This document shows, piece after piece, positions 37,603 to 51,530 of a DNA stretch of 64,000 nt; the stretch's first letter is position 1, and every line of letters starts with the position of its first letter. Made by a program: the position numbers and the translations under genes. This DNA comes from Vermamoeba vermiformis (lineage: Eukaryota), in the NCBI GenBank assembly GCA_045837725.1, contig JBEWZL010000013.1, positions 434,001 to 498,000 on the forward strand, read 5' to 3'. The notes below the pieces were generated by a model. That model ran no database searches. It was not told the DNA's origin and was given only the letters and a program-made list of their open reading frames with translations.

Positions 37603-40600
37603 ATGTCGACGAGGAAACGACCCCTTGATCCAGGGTCGGATGGCCAGTCAGATTTTGGAAACAAACGCCAAAAAGTGACACACAATGGCACAAATAATAA
37701 TACTAATAAAGAAGTAACATTGGAACTCAATAGTGACATTCAAAAAAAGGTAAATAGCGCAACCAATTTGGTCTAAGATTTTCAAGAATTATTATACGGT
37801 ATTATCAGTCAAAAATATTATTTGCTTGCTATAAATACGCGATATTAGACCTGAATTCGTCTAAATAAAAATATTTATTGAAACTTGTTGCACGATCCAG
37901 ATCGAGGAAAATCGTCTAGCGGCCCTGCGAAGAAAGGAAGCAAAACTTGCGCAACAACAAAACGGCGAAATCTCCCCGTCACAATCTTCTCAAGTCAAGC
38001 CTCAACAATTACAACAACTTCAGCAACATCTGCGTAGCCCTGCGAGAGGCGGATCTTCGCAACAAACTCAATCGAGCCCAAGCACTTCTCCGAGCGCTAC
38101 TTCGCCAGTCAAGGACTACTCGCCCATTCCTATGAATCGTCCGGATCTCACTTGGATCCCTAAATCACCACCGCCAGAAGAGAAGCCAAGTTCTGCCATG
38201 AAGAACTCGAAAATTACCAACTATTTTGTGTTCGAAAAAGACCCGCCAGTCAAGTCACCGCACTTTGCAAACGCTGATGTGCCGCCTAAACCTCAAGACC
38301 TCGGCAACGTTGCTCGTAAAATCAATTTTGATGCAAAGACTGCGACGAGTCCCGCAAAGGCACCCGCAATCAAGTTATCAAAGCACGACTCGAATTTATC
38401 GAATGGAAAGTACGATGCAAATACACAAACGGACGAGAGTCAAAATATGGAAGAAGATAATCCGTTTGATTTGTCGGTACTTTGTGAGCCGAGTCAACCC
38501 GCAACTCAGCCACTCAACAACAGCAACCCTCAAACACAGTCGACCACCAAATCGGCCCAAGCACAAACGCCTACTCGGGCTGCACCTCCTGTGGCAGCTC
38601 CGAAGAAAGCCTCACCTGCACCAAAGAAGGCACTGACCCCGTCAAAGCCCGTGTCAACGCCTGCCCCGACATCTACTGTTCGAAAAGACGCGAGCTCCTT
38701 GAACAAATTCTATCATAAAGAGAACGCGGATATGCAAACTGATGACTCGGCAATGCTTACTGATAGCACGGACGATCAGCCACGAATGTCAAACCTGCGT
38801 GGATCTACTGGTCTGAATAATAATAATACGAAGAGTTCAATGACTTCAGCCAGCTCTATGGAGGAAGAGGTTTGTCCAGCTGTTAAACAACAAAAGAGAA
38901 AAATATTGCAATACAGCAAGAGCATGGAAGATGAAGACGATCAAGACGAAGGAGTGACAAACTTGAAAAAGGCTGCTTTGCTAAAGGAAGACGAGGTATG
39001 CTAATGTTAATATTGGACAGTGAGGATTAATGCATCTATTGCTCCTAGGAACAAAAAGGTGATTGGTGGAGGAATCCGCGAGACAAGACAGGAAAAAAAG
39101 TCGGCGATCCGGGCTACGACCCATCAACGCTCTACATCCCACCAGACGAGTTCAATAAGCTCACTGATGCTAAGAAACAATATTGGACGATTAAGAAAGA
39201 CAGATTTGACGAGATTATTTTCTTCCAGCAAGGAGACTTTTACAACTTGTTCGGTCCTGACGCAGGTACGTAGAAACACTAATAATTTTTGCCGTACAAT
39301 TTTAACCGCGAAATAGAAATCGGTTGCGAGCAGCTTGGCTTGCTGTACAACCCTCGATTGATGAGCGTTGGTGTAAATAGACGAGACTACAGAGAATGGG
39401 CCAGAAAGTTTGCTGCTTTAGGGTACGCATCGCCAACTTGCTGTCAAACACGCTAATATAATATTATTTAGTTTTAAAGTGACACGTGTCGATCAAGAAT
39501 CAACTGCTACGACAGAAAAACAGAAAAATCTAAAACAAAGTCAAAAGGTACTCGCCGCTACTCTTATATATAAGCCAAATGATTATACTAATGTTGTTGT
39601 AGAAAAAAACGGAAGATAGAAAGGTCACAGAATTATTGACAGCCGGAACAATGCGAGATCTGGATCTGTTCAGCGACCATAACCCTTCATACTTGCTGAT
39701 TCTGAAAGAAGGCGATAACCCTCTGAAACCTCAATTCGGCGTTTGTTTCGTTGACACGAGCACGAATGAATTCGGTCTTTGCTCGTTCGAAGATGACGAG
39801 AGGTGCTCGCACTTTGAAACAATCTTGCTGCAACTCAAACCCAAGGAAATTTTGCACGACAAGGGTGTATTGAGTCCGCGAGTACGAAAGCTCATTTCGT
39901 TGATTGTCGGCAAAGTTACGATGACTGCACGCGTGTTCCCTTCTGCGCAACAAGCCGAAGACCTCATCAACTACGGCAACTACTTTGCGCAAAACGTTAA
40001 CGGAGACACTACAGGTACGTCATAACTGACATTTTGAACCGTTCTAATGGTGAGCAGAGAACTGGCCTGAAGCTATCAAACAAGTGAGAGGCGATGAGTT
40101 GTTGATGCAGTCACTCGGCGCAGCTGTCTCGTACTTTGAAGAATTGAATTTTGCCAAAGAGATCGTGCCAGTGGCTAACTATTTCCATTACGACCCGAAC
40201 AATCAGACCAAGTACTTGATCTTGGATTACGTCTCGTTATCGAACTTGGAAATTTTGCAAAACAACGACACTGGCTCTGTTGAAGGCTCATTACTGCACA
40301 CTTTGAACCACTGCGTCACTGCTTTTGGTAAGTTTTCTATCTCATATTAACCTACGATTGGAGCTCAAATTAATAATTTTAGGCAAACGTACGCTCCGCA
40401 AATGGTTGTGCCATCCGCTTCGCGACGTCAACATTTTGAACGACAGATTTGACTGCGTTGAATACTTCATGGAACAAGCAGACTTTAGAGGTACGAGAAC
40501 TGATGAACCAACTTTGAGTTCTAACCTTGCCATGACGTAGAAAACCTTCGTGCAAAGCTCCGCGGCTTGAATGACATTGAGCGATGCATGACACGTGTCC

Positions 40601-42525
40601 AAGCCTGCACTGTGGATCTAGCGACGCTCTTGACGTTCATTGACAACATGCAGATCGTCAAAGACATTATCGCTGAAGCTCAAGAGATCATGAACGAGCA
40701 ACAAACCAATGCACCGCTCTTGAACACGCTTGTCATCAACTTCCCTAACTTGGATCCGTTCTTTGAACTTTACAGCTTCGATAGAGTTGTTGCAAGAAAC
40801 CAAAACAAAATCACGCCGAAGCCTAATACAATGCCTGATTATGACGAAGCCGTTGAGAAAGTTAATCAAATCACCACCGAATTGGATAACTTCCTGAAAA
40901 CTCAAAAGAAAATTTTAGGGTAAGGCATACATCTATAGATTAAGACTCGTTTACTAACGTCATTGGTGAAGAATCCCGTCGCTCGAGTACCATTTTTCCA
41001 AGTCTGAAAACTACACGATTAAAGTCAAGCCACAATTCTTGACGAACAAGAAGGTGCCTTCAGATTGGACGGAAATTGCTAAGTTAAAGGCTGAAGTCCG
41101 ATACCAAGCCCCTGCTGTCGTCGCCTTGCACGCACAACTCGTTCAAGCCAAAGAAGAATTGGAAGGTAAGTCCCGGGACTACCTTGTACTGCCAAACTCA
41201 TCTCTGTTAGCTATATGCACGCGACTGCTGTTAGAGTACTTGGAGAAGTTCGAACAAGTCCAAAACATTTGCCGGCAAGCAATCGAACACTTGGCACAAC
41301 TCGACATTCTGATGTCATTCGCTGTCTACGCGTGGCAATCAGAATCGTCCATGTGCCGTCCTAGGTTCGTCACGGACGGAACTACCAAGGGCTCGTACCT
41401 AGAGTTTAAGAACATGCGACATCCTTACTTGAAACCGTCATCGTAAGTTTTAGACCGTAGCGCTTAGTAAGACGTGCACTTCTGACTATTATCTGACAGC
41501 GGTATCTTCGTCCCTAACGACATCAAGTTGGGTGATGACACGCCAAAGGTCCTTCTGATTACTGGCCCGAACATGGGTGGTAAATCAACTATCTTGCGTC
41601 AAGTAGCTATTCTCTCTGTCATGGCTCAAATCGGTTGCTTTGTCCCTGCAGAAAACGCTATGTTGACACCTGTCGACAGAATCTTCACGCGCATCGGTAA
41701 GTTTCACAGAGATGTACTTTTTGTGGCTGTATTAACTGCTACCAAAGGTGCACGTGACAATATCATGGGTGGCCTCTCTACGTTCATGGTCGAGTTAGAA
41801 GAGACGGCCAAGATGTTGAAGTACGCTACTGGTCGTTCACTCGTCATTCTCGATGAACTTGGCCGTGGTACGAGTACCTTTGATGGTTATTCAATTGCCT
41901 ACGCGGTACTGAAACACTTGGAGACACTCGACTGCCGCGTCTTGTTCTCAACTCACTACCACAAACTTACGGATGAATTTACGGACGGAACGAGCACCAA
42001 TACAGGCAACAATAGACATATCTTATCGAAGAGTATCGCATCCAGCCACATGGCGTGCTCGGAGGAAGAGTAAGTCTGGACTCCAATGAAACAATACTGC
42101 GTTTAAAGCTAAAGTTAATTTTATCCTATAGTGGTCACATGACGTTCTTGTACAAACTGCAGCCTGGAGCTTGCCCTAAGTCCTACGGCATGCACGTGGC
42201 CGCGATGGCGAACATCCAACAAGCTGTAAGTCGTGACCACCCTTTAACCAACGTGCTTATTAACTTACACTCTTATAGATTATTCAGCGCGCGGATGAAA
42301 TGTCAACTAAGTTTGAGGAGATCGTGGCTCAAAGGTAATTTAGGATCTCGTCTCCTATTTGTGTTGAAAAATAGGCGATTAATTTTCAATTATTGTAGGC
42401 GTAAAAAGCAACAACAAAAGAAAGAGCAAACGTTCGTGCAATTGCTTGAGGCTACACCAAACGCCGCATCAAACCACCAGCTGATCTTGTCTCTTTGGAG
42501 AGATTGTAGAAAGATAGTCGTTTAA
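37603..42525 (+). CDS. MSH6: MutS family mismatch-repair protein, MSH6-like
   Basis: [15 protein letters not shown]-like [44 protein letters not shown] and STHYH. Confidence 0.88.
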
Positions 42526-42778
42526 GGCCACATGTAAATATTAATAAATGCCTGCATTCATTGTAAACGAGCGTCCACAAAAAAAGGCGGGCATCTGTCA
42601 TAAATCTCGTTTTATCAATTTTATGCTTTTTTTTGGCGCGCAACCAGAGTTTTGTTGCTTCGGATTTTTTTGGGTCTTTTTTCATTCGCCCCGTTGCCTT
42701 AAACAACACACTTCTGTTTCTCATTAAAGGAAACAACTTATATTCTTTTTGTTTAACAACCTATTGAGTCTCAACAAA

Positions 42779-44281
42779 ATGAGAGAAATCATCTCCCTCC
42801 ACATTGGTCAAGCTGGTGTCCAAACCGGTCGTGAATGCTGGGAATTGTAAGTACTCAATTACTGCATATTACTCGAGCATTAGCTCAAGTGCCAGTAATT
42901 TTTCGGTTTTTTGATTCTGATTTTGACAATTTAATCTAGGTTCTGCATGGAACACGGTATTTCGCATGATGGCACCAAGCCCCAAGACGGCAAGACCAAG
43001 GATGACTCTTTCACCACCTTCTTCACTGAAACCCAAACCGGCAAGTAAGTTGAAAAATTTGTTTTGATTTGGCGCCCAAGATTCAATTTGCTAACTCCGG
43101 TCCCACTAAGGTACGTTCCTCGTGCTATCTTCGCCGATTTGGAGCCCAACGTTATCGACGACCTCCGCAGTGGACCTTACAAGGACTTGTTCCACCCTGA
43201 GTACTTGATCAAGGGCAAGGAAGATGCTGCCAACAACTACGCTCGTGGTCACTACACCGTTGGCAAGGAATACGTCGACGTTACTTTGGAACGTATCCGC
43301 AAGGTTGCTGAGCGTTGCGACGGTCTCCAAGGTTTCTTCATGATGCACTCCGTTGGTGGTGGTACCGGCTCCGGATTTGCTTCCTTGTTGTTGGAGAGAC
43401 TCTCCATCGACTTTGGCAAGAAGTCCAAGCTCGATTTCTGCGTCTACCCCTCACCTCAAGTGAGCACCTCCGTCGTCGAGCCCTACAACTCCGTCTTGTC
43501 CACTCACGCCTTGTTGGAGCACACCGACTGCGCCTTCATGCTTGACAACGAAGCCATCTACGACATCTGCAAGCGCTCTTTGGACATCCCCAGCCCCTCT
43601 TATGCCAACTTGAACAGATTGATTGCTCAAGTCATGTCCTCCTTGACTGCCTCTTTGCGCTTCCAAGGCTCGCTCAACATTGATATCAACGAGTTCCAAA
43701 CCAACTTGGTTCCTTATCCTCGTATCCACTTCTTGTTGTGCTCTATGGCCCCCATCATCTCCACCCAAAAGGCCTACATGGAATCCATGAGCGTTCCTGA
43801 GATCACCAGCGCTGTCTTCAACCCTCAAAACATGTTCTGCAAGTGCGATCCTCGATCTGGCAAGTACATGGCTTGCTGCTTGATGTACCGTGGTGACGTC
43901 GTCTCCCGTGACGTCAGCTCTGCCATCAACTCCATCAAGAGCAAGAACACTGTTCAATTCGTTGACTGGTCCCCCACTGGTTTCAAGTGCGGTATCAACT
44001 CTCAAGCCCCTGTTGTTGTTCCTGGTGGTGACCTCGCCAAGGTCTCCAGATCCGTTTGCATGTTGTCCAACACCACTGCTCTCGGCTCCGTCTTTGCCCG
44101 CATCGACGCCAAGTTCGACTTGATGTACGCCAAGCGCGCCTTCGTTCACTGGTACGTCGGTGAAGGTATGGAGGAGGGTGAGTTCTCTGAAGCCCGTGAA
44201 GATTTGGCTGCCTTGGAGAAGGACTACGAAGAAATCTCTGGTTCTGACCAACCCGAAGGTGAGGCCGCTGAAGACTTCTAA
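42779..44281 (+). CDS. Alpha-tubulin
   Basis: [30 protein letters not shown] and [16 protein letters not shown]; two introns. Confidence 0.98.
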
Positions 44282-44548
44282 ACAAGTCTTGAGTAATGGC
44301 CAAAGTTGCCCGATGCGGCATCTAGCATCCGTGTAACGCCACTTTGTACTATCTGTATCACTTTGAATTTTTTTGTGATGCATGTAATACATATAAAAAG
44401 CTCTTTGATAAATATTGGCCAGTTCGTGTGTTTGATAAATTTAATAAACGAGCGGGAATATCAGTGGTTCTAGTTTCGACATTCGATTTTGTTTATAGTC
44501 CGTAATAACACAAATTAATTTTTGTTTATTCTAATATTATATTAAATA

Positions 44549-46188
44549 ATGGCTGATCAACAACAAGCTACTGAAGCTGTATCTGCAGCAACTGAAGTTA
44601 AATCTACTGAACAGATCACCCCTGTTCCTCAACCCACTACAGTCGAGCCCAAGACTCCTGCCAAGGTTGAACAACAACACGAGGACAGCAGCGATGAAGA
44701 CGATGACGAGGACGGTGCATCTCCATCCACCCCTTCGCGATCGGGCAGTGCCAAGAAGAGAGTCGTTAAAAACAGAGGACGTATTAAGCGCGTTAAGAAG
44801 ACCCCTCAAAAGGAGTCCGCTACAGAGACCTCCCCTGCCAAGAGTACAAAGACAGGCCACCATCTCGAAAACACTTGGACATTCTGGTTCAGCAAAAAGC
44901 CTTCGAAGATGAACCCCGCCTTCAACTGGGTGGAGAGTTTGCGAAAGTTGGGCACTTTTAATACCGTTGAAGATTTTTGGAGGTAATTTTAACAGAGATC
45001 TGGTTCGCGATCGAAAAAATTTATTTATTTCCAATTATTTTTATTATTCTCTCCTTCTCATACGAAAAATATGAATAATATAATATTTTAATATCGTTTA
45101 TAATCACAATTAATGAAAAATAATGAGCTAACGAGCGACTTTTTAGATACTACACTTGGCTCAAGCGCCCTACTGAGATTATTAACAATTCAAACATCTA
45201 TATGTTCAAGGACGAAATTGAGCCTATGTGGGAGGTAAAATCCAGTTAAATATTTGCTTTACAAATGCACGAGGGCGATCTACAATCACAATTCAAAGAT
45301 CTACCCTCGAATACCTACTCTGCCGTTGATTATCTAATACAGCAATATTATTACCATTATACGGCATAATAGTATTATTTAAGCAATTTTATTGAAAGTT
45401 CTTTCGATTTACTGAGCATCCGTTTATAGAACTTCCCTAACGGTGGCTGCTGGACTATGAGAATCAAGAAAAAGTCACCAATCATTGGCAAGTGGTGGGA
45501 AGAGTTGGTGAGTAATATTGATAGTCATCTAATAACGAATGCAAAAGAAAATTCGTTAGTAGCAACACGTGCGGAGCTGACACTTTCAAACCTTTGATTG
45601 GCCAATGTATTAATGTGATCGTGTAGTTGTTCGCTGCTATCGGCGAGACCCTCCAAGAACCCGATATTGTTGGTGTATCAGTCAGCGTGAAGCCCAAGGA
45701 AGAGATCTTCTCTATCTGGAACCGCGACGCATCCGCTAAGCCTCGCATTGGGTAAGTCCCTCAATTAACACTTTTATGAGTCCAATAGCAATGAGCCGTA
45801 GTTCCGATATTAACTGGTGTTTATGCTTCTTTTGTTATTTTATTGGAGCGTCATGTAGATCGGATCGCGTACAAGATGAAATTCCTTGTGGGTCTTGTAA
45901 CGGAATTTTAATTGCCTTTGTTATAGTGAGAAGTTGAGACAATTGCTCGGATTGGACGCAGCTGTCCCTATGGAATACAAGAGCAACTCTTCCAGTGAAC
46001 GCAAGGCCGCTATGGCTCGCAGCTCTAGTCCTCTCCGTCGTGACGATGAAGGTGCGAACAGCCCTCGTGGCGAGACTAAGGTTGAGGCTACTGCTGCTGA
46101 ACACACTACTGCCGCTGCTACATCTAGTCCTGCTGCCTCCTCGCCTGTTGTTGAAGCTCAACAGCCGACTGAAGAAAAGAAAGAATAA
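44549..46188 (+). CDS. Translation initiation factor eIF4E family member with N- and C-terminal extensions
   Basis: HHLENTWTFW, FNTVEDFW, FKDEIEPMWE, NGGCW and FSIWNR. Confidence 0.93.
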
Positions 46189-46575
46189 GATCTTAATGAC
46201 GAAAATAATATGTAGCCAATGTGCATAATATGAAAATAAAAATATAAATAGCGAATCACTTAATCCATCGGATTCTTACTCAGTAGTGTATAAGTAAACA
46301 TTACAAACCAGACCAGATCTGTCCTCGCTCGATGGATTGCGGTTCCATATTTAGATCAGCGGCTCCAGACTGTTATTTTAAGGAAACAGGGCCTTGTTCG
46401 GTGTCTTAGTCAACTTGGTGCCTGATCGGTCGGTAGCCTTCTTAGTGACATTGGAAAACAGGCGGACAAATTGCGTCCAACAATTTTTTTCATCAAACCT
46501 ATCAAAATCAAGAAAATGGAAGCACACGAAAGGATATAGAAACCAATATCAATCGAACAAGATAAACAAACGTAG

Positions 46576-49500
46576 ATGTGGGCGAGTAAAGTACGAGAAT
46601 CAATACAGCGTGGCGACTACAATGAGCAGCTGTCTCTCGCCATTGAAAAAATAGCGCAAGCCAATTTTGAAAGTGGGCTAGGCATATTAGAGAATTTACA
46701 GCAAGAGAAACTCAAATTACAAAATGAATCCCAGATGCGAGCATTATTACTGTACATTTCGCAGTTTCTTAATATATTTGGATATGATAGAATACGGTGG
46801 TGGGAAAAATTAGTATTGCAGAATTTAGAAAGCAAAAATGTGAAGGTGATCGAAGGTATGAAAATTTCTACAACAACGAGCTTGATATTTTGCATAATAC
46901 AAGCGCTATAATAATCGATATATGCTATCATTAATATTAAATAATTTAATTAATTTATTTTTGGCACGTAGTATTGTAATTACGTTTTTACTGTTCTTTT
47001 AATTAGCGTGATTATTTGTCAATAGCTATATCTATGTTACTAATTGATATATTTAATAGTTCTTATTCCTCTCATATCGGATATGATGACAAGAGACGAT
47101 CAGTTCCGAGATTCAATCTTTGAAGATTTCTTCCTGGGCAAGATAAACCAAGAAACAACGCGCATGATATTGCTATCATACGCATCGCATAAAACTAGGG
47201 TAAGTCATATTTCATAGGCGAGTTAGCCTTCAAGTGTCAGCGGATCTCGTACCAGAAATTTTCTTTCGAAAAGTCGAGACGTGACACGAGCGTAAATTTC
47301 GAATTAACGAAGTATAAATGTTATAATGCGTACCTAACGGTATAATTTAATATAGGAGTTCTTTACTGTCGTTAATCAGCTATTACTTCGCAATGACGAT
47401 CAAATTCGATTATCGGTGCTCGAGTTGATGTGCTATTTGGCTCAAAAACAGGTAAATAATAGTATATTAAAGCGGTGTATTGTAGTCTTAATAATGTAAT
47501 TTGACTATAATAATGCTTCATTCGAAAATCAAAATTAGATCTTTTGTCGGCGTTTACGCGGCTTATGTTTGGCTTTTTAAATTGAATCGATATTGTATTA
47601 TTATATTATAGTGCATATTTGATACATATATTAATGAGTTTAATTGTTAGCCTGCCTATTTATCGTTCATCAGTCAAACGAATGCACTGCCGAATTTATT
47701 TGCGATATTATTGGGCGATAACAATGAGACAATATTAACAGCGGCATTAATGACATTTTTGATGTATTTACCGCATATATTGCCAGCTGTATCTTCGAAC
47801 TTGACAAAGTTGTTTAATATTTTCAAAAGACTGGTCAGATGGAGAATCCCGTACGTACAAATAGCATTAAAAATATTAAAAAACGATACTAATACATTTT
47901 TTATATTAGGGGAACTGATCTTAAGTCATCAACAGACGAAAGTAAAGGTAAAATTTTTATCATGTTTATTTCGGATCCAATTATTTTGTCTAAATCAACT
48001 TACTTATACATATGACATATATAATATTATAATATAGTACTAATAATAACATTTTTTCAGATCAACAACTGTTATTGGCCACACCAGTCACGATCACCTT
48101 ACAGAAGATTGTTGTAGTCTATTTTCATCATCTCTACGGCATTTTTCCGCGCAATTTTATCAAGTATCTCAAGAAAGAATGTATATATGATAAGCAGTTT
48201 GCTAATTTGATCGAGGTACGTGCTTTCTAAAAAAGATTTTTTTTGGATCCCGATCTGCGGCCGAAAATTATCATACAATTCAATCGCTAGATTTGAATGT
48301 TACTTGAAATACATTCACGGACAATATATGGATTATACTAACGATTATTTATAGCCTATGATCACTTCATTGAGAATGAACTTGAATTTTTTGGCGGGCA
48401 GCGCTGAAGAAGAAATATCCGCGAATAGATGGCGGCAAATAGCACAAATGCAACAAAAAGCTATCGAAGAGTCTCAATCAAATGCAGCACATGCCACAAG
48501 TAGTACTAATACTGGCGGAGTGGATCCGAATCTGCGAACTTATTCTAGCGACAATGCCCCGAATAAGACTAAGGGCCACCAACCGTCAAAGTCTAGCGAC
48601 TTCCACAAGAGCTCACCAGCACTTAATACTAATGATATTAAAGTTGCTAAAGAAAGTCATGAACCTTTGCGATCGAGTTTGGATTCGGATGTGGGAGCTG
48701 AAGGCCGAGCTAGAGCTTATTCTTTAAGCGATAGATTAATAACACCTTCTGGTTCGAAAGGATCGCTAGTTCCTCCAGCACCTACTGTCATGCCTAGCGT
48801 AATGCCTCCGCAACAACCGAACCATGAATTCAGTGCAGTAACGAAGAAAAAGAGCAACAAGACGAGCCATATTGATGCATTCTTAGAGAGTATTAATCAA
48901 GGTGTATTTCAGCCATTTTATTATGAACAGATGGTACGTAACAAAACGCCTAAAAATATTTCTAAAACTCCGAGCTATTTCATAAATACGAGAAATTTTG
49001 TTTATTATTATAAGTCTTATATCCAAATACTTTTTAGTATAAATATTATATGTTTAACATTGCCGCGAGTTACTTGAACCAATGGTTTGGGTTTTCGGAT
49101 CCGCGTCTAACGTCATATTGGACAGAATGTAATATATCAACGCACGATGTCAACGGTCGCAGAAATGCGTAAGAGCAAAGAAGAGGCCGCTCAGAACATC
49201 GAGATGGAATGGCAGCGAGTATGGCACGCGAGTGAAGATGAGCATTTGAGCCTGGATCCCGCACTTCACACCGTAGAGGGCAGAATTTTTGAGCTGCAAA
49301 ACGTTATCGAGCGACATTTGTCATTTGCGAGCAACGAGTCTTGGGTAAGTTTATATAAGAAACATTATCGTTCGAGGTAGTGCTTTCTATCTGATCTGGA
49401 TCGCAAAAATCCGATTTTTCTTGTCTCCTATTCATTATGATATTAGGGAGATAAGAAGCAACATGTTTGGGGCAAAACATGGAATTATTCGAGCTTCAAC

Positions 49501-50692
49501 AAGCTAACTAGTCAAGAGCTGCAGCGACTGGTTTTGCTGTTGCGAAATCAACTGATCTTCGAGCAATTCTTGCGACAAACTAAAACTAAGAGCATTATTG
49601 CCTCGAAGAATAGGAACGTAAGAGAGCTTGAAGAGTTGCACTCCGAGAACGCGTTACTTGTAAGTTAGATCTCGATCCAGATCTTGGTTTTTGTCGTGTT
49701 CTGATCATTGTTTCTCCGACCAGAGTTCAAAGCTCGACCAGCAAAAGAATATTGAAGCAGAGCTACGCGAGCTTACTGAGAGCCAACGAAAAGAAATCAA
49801 TGAACTGCGCGAGCAGAATAGCAAAATTATGGCCAAGTTCAAGACCAAGTTGATGTCGTTCGGTCAAACGAATCAAGCCCTGGAAGAGAAAGTTCATTCA
49901 CTGAAAACTCAGAACGATAGTCTCTCGGTAAGTCTCGCATATTACCATTTGTTTTTGCACTGCAGAAGTGTTTCTTATGGACCTCACTGACACGGTATTC
50001 AGGAAACAATTGCGAGTGTCAAAACTGAGCTGAACCAAAAAGACGATCAAATTTTCCAGTTGGAACTCAAAATCAAAGTGCTGACGTCTAAGCTCGATCA
50101 ACAAGAGACTACGAAACAAAAGAATATGTTAGTGCAAGATCAGTTCATCGCGTGGGAGCAACAAGGCAAGCAACTTGCGCGGTGCCACAAAACGATCAAT
50201 CAATTGAAGGATAAAGTCGAGTTTGGCGAAGCTACGATTGCTAGTTTAACCGAACAGATCGAAGAGCTGCACAATAAGAACAGGTAAAAAACTCGGATCT
50301 TTGGGCAATTGCACAAATGATTACAATACTAACGTTCAAATAACATAGCGTGCTAGAAAGTAAATTAGATGAAAGTCGTGATCGAGTAGCGCATATAGAA
50401 GAGTACAAAGAAGATCTACAAGGCAAAGTTTTGCAATTGAAACAGATCCTCGAACAACAGAAACAAATCTCCGTTACGAAGATCAAGTACATTGAAGACA
50501 AGTATCAGAATATTAAAGAGATTAACGTGGGACTGGAAGTAAGCTTACTATTTTATTATTTTGTTGATTAGATCGTGTAACTAACTTCGATTTTAGAAAT
50601 ATTTGCTGCAGATCCAGGCAGAGTTGGAGAAGTACAAAGCAGTAACCAAGTTATCGAGTAGTAGTGATAGTACTGTAGTTAATAGCAAATGA
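46576..50692 (+). CDS. TSC1: Hamartin (TSC1)-like protein
   Basis: FLMYLPHI, FHHLYGIFPRNFIKYL and LLRNQLIFEQFLRQ, followed by a long coiled coil. The start is uncertain. Confidence 0.78.
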
Positions 50693-50943
50693 AATAACAT
50701 CGATGCTTGGCTTCCAAAGAATGGCTTTGCTCTTGGAATCAAAGACAGAATTAACCCAGAAAGCTAAGTCTAACGGGCAAGCTAATTTTCTCCGCAGAAA
50801 TACTGAGAACATCTATGTGCAACTGGTACCAAAATTGGAAATGGAGGAAGAAATTTCGTTTTTTTCCTCCATGATATGTTCAAGGAAATAATGTACCATA
50901 AACAAATCGAGGAATCATTCCGTTAACTTTTAATATCTGCACC

Positions 50944-51291
50944 ATGCCTTCGTTCGCTTTCGACTTCATTCATATTGGCTACATCATCCTTTGGGCTGCG
51001 TACGTCGTTGGAACGACGATCTACTTCGCACTTAAGATGGTTGGCCGAAGACCTAATCCAGAAGCTGGAGAAAAAACGTCATTACTTGAAGGCAATAATT
51101 CATACACTGGTCGCGGAGCCGTCGTTTCTATTTCTTGCGGAGATCGTTGCTGTATTGGTCCAGTTTTTCTCACATCAAGGCCATATATTACAACGAATAC
51201 ACTCATTGCATGGTACATTACTGCCAACGTTTTGATGTCAGTAATATTTGGTCTTGGCTATTATTTTTTCATACGCCAGATCTACATTTAA
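50944..51291 (+). CDS. Small two-TM hypothetical membrane protein
   Basis: 115-aa intronless ORF with two hydrophobic segments. Confidence 0.6.
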   Translation: MPSFAFDFIHIGYIILWAAYVVGTTIYFALKMVGRRPNPEAGEKTSLLEGNNSYTGRGAVVSISCGDRCCIGPVFLTSRPYITTNTLIAWYITANVLMSVIFGLGYYFFIRQIYI

Positions 51292-51530
51292 TCTTTTTTT
51301 AAAATAAAAATATCGATGTAATGATTGTCACTATTTAAGTACAACTTTAGACCCAACCTATTAACCGACTTAACTATAAATTACGCCGGAAAACTTCTCC
51401 GCAGTTTTACGCGAGCAATTGGATCTAGATGCTATCGGACAACTAAAGTTAATCAGTTTAGTTTTATTTAGTGAAAGAACAATGTAAAAAAAAAGCCACC
51501 ACTTTTTAAATCTTCCTAACCGTAACCACA

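Noticed and set aside
43451-44392. 313-aa antisense ORF over alpha-tubulin, and other long antisense ORFs
   Set aside because: These are shadow ORFs caused by biased codon usage, with no recognisable domains.
46528-46538. ATATCCTTT U12-type donor-like sequence on the minus strand
   Set aside because: There is no gene on that strand and no matching branch site.
46516-46575. Possible TAG reassignment suggested by two in-frame TAGs before TSC1
   Set aside because: TAG terminates other genes at expected ends (POLD2, and the CaaX GTPase CNIM*), so the code appears standard.
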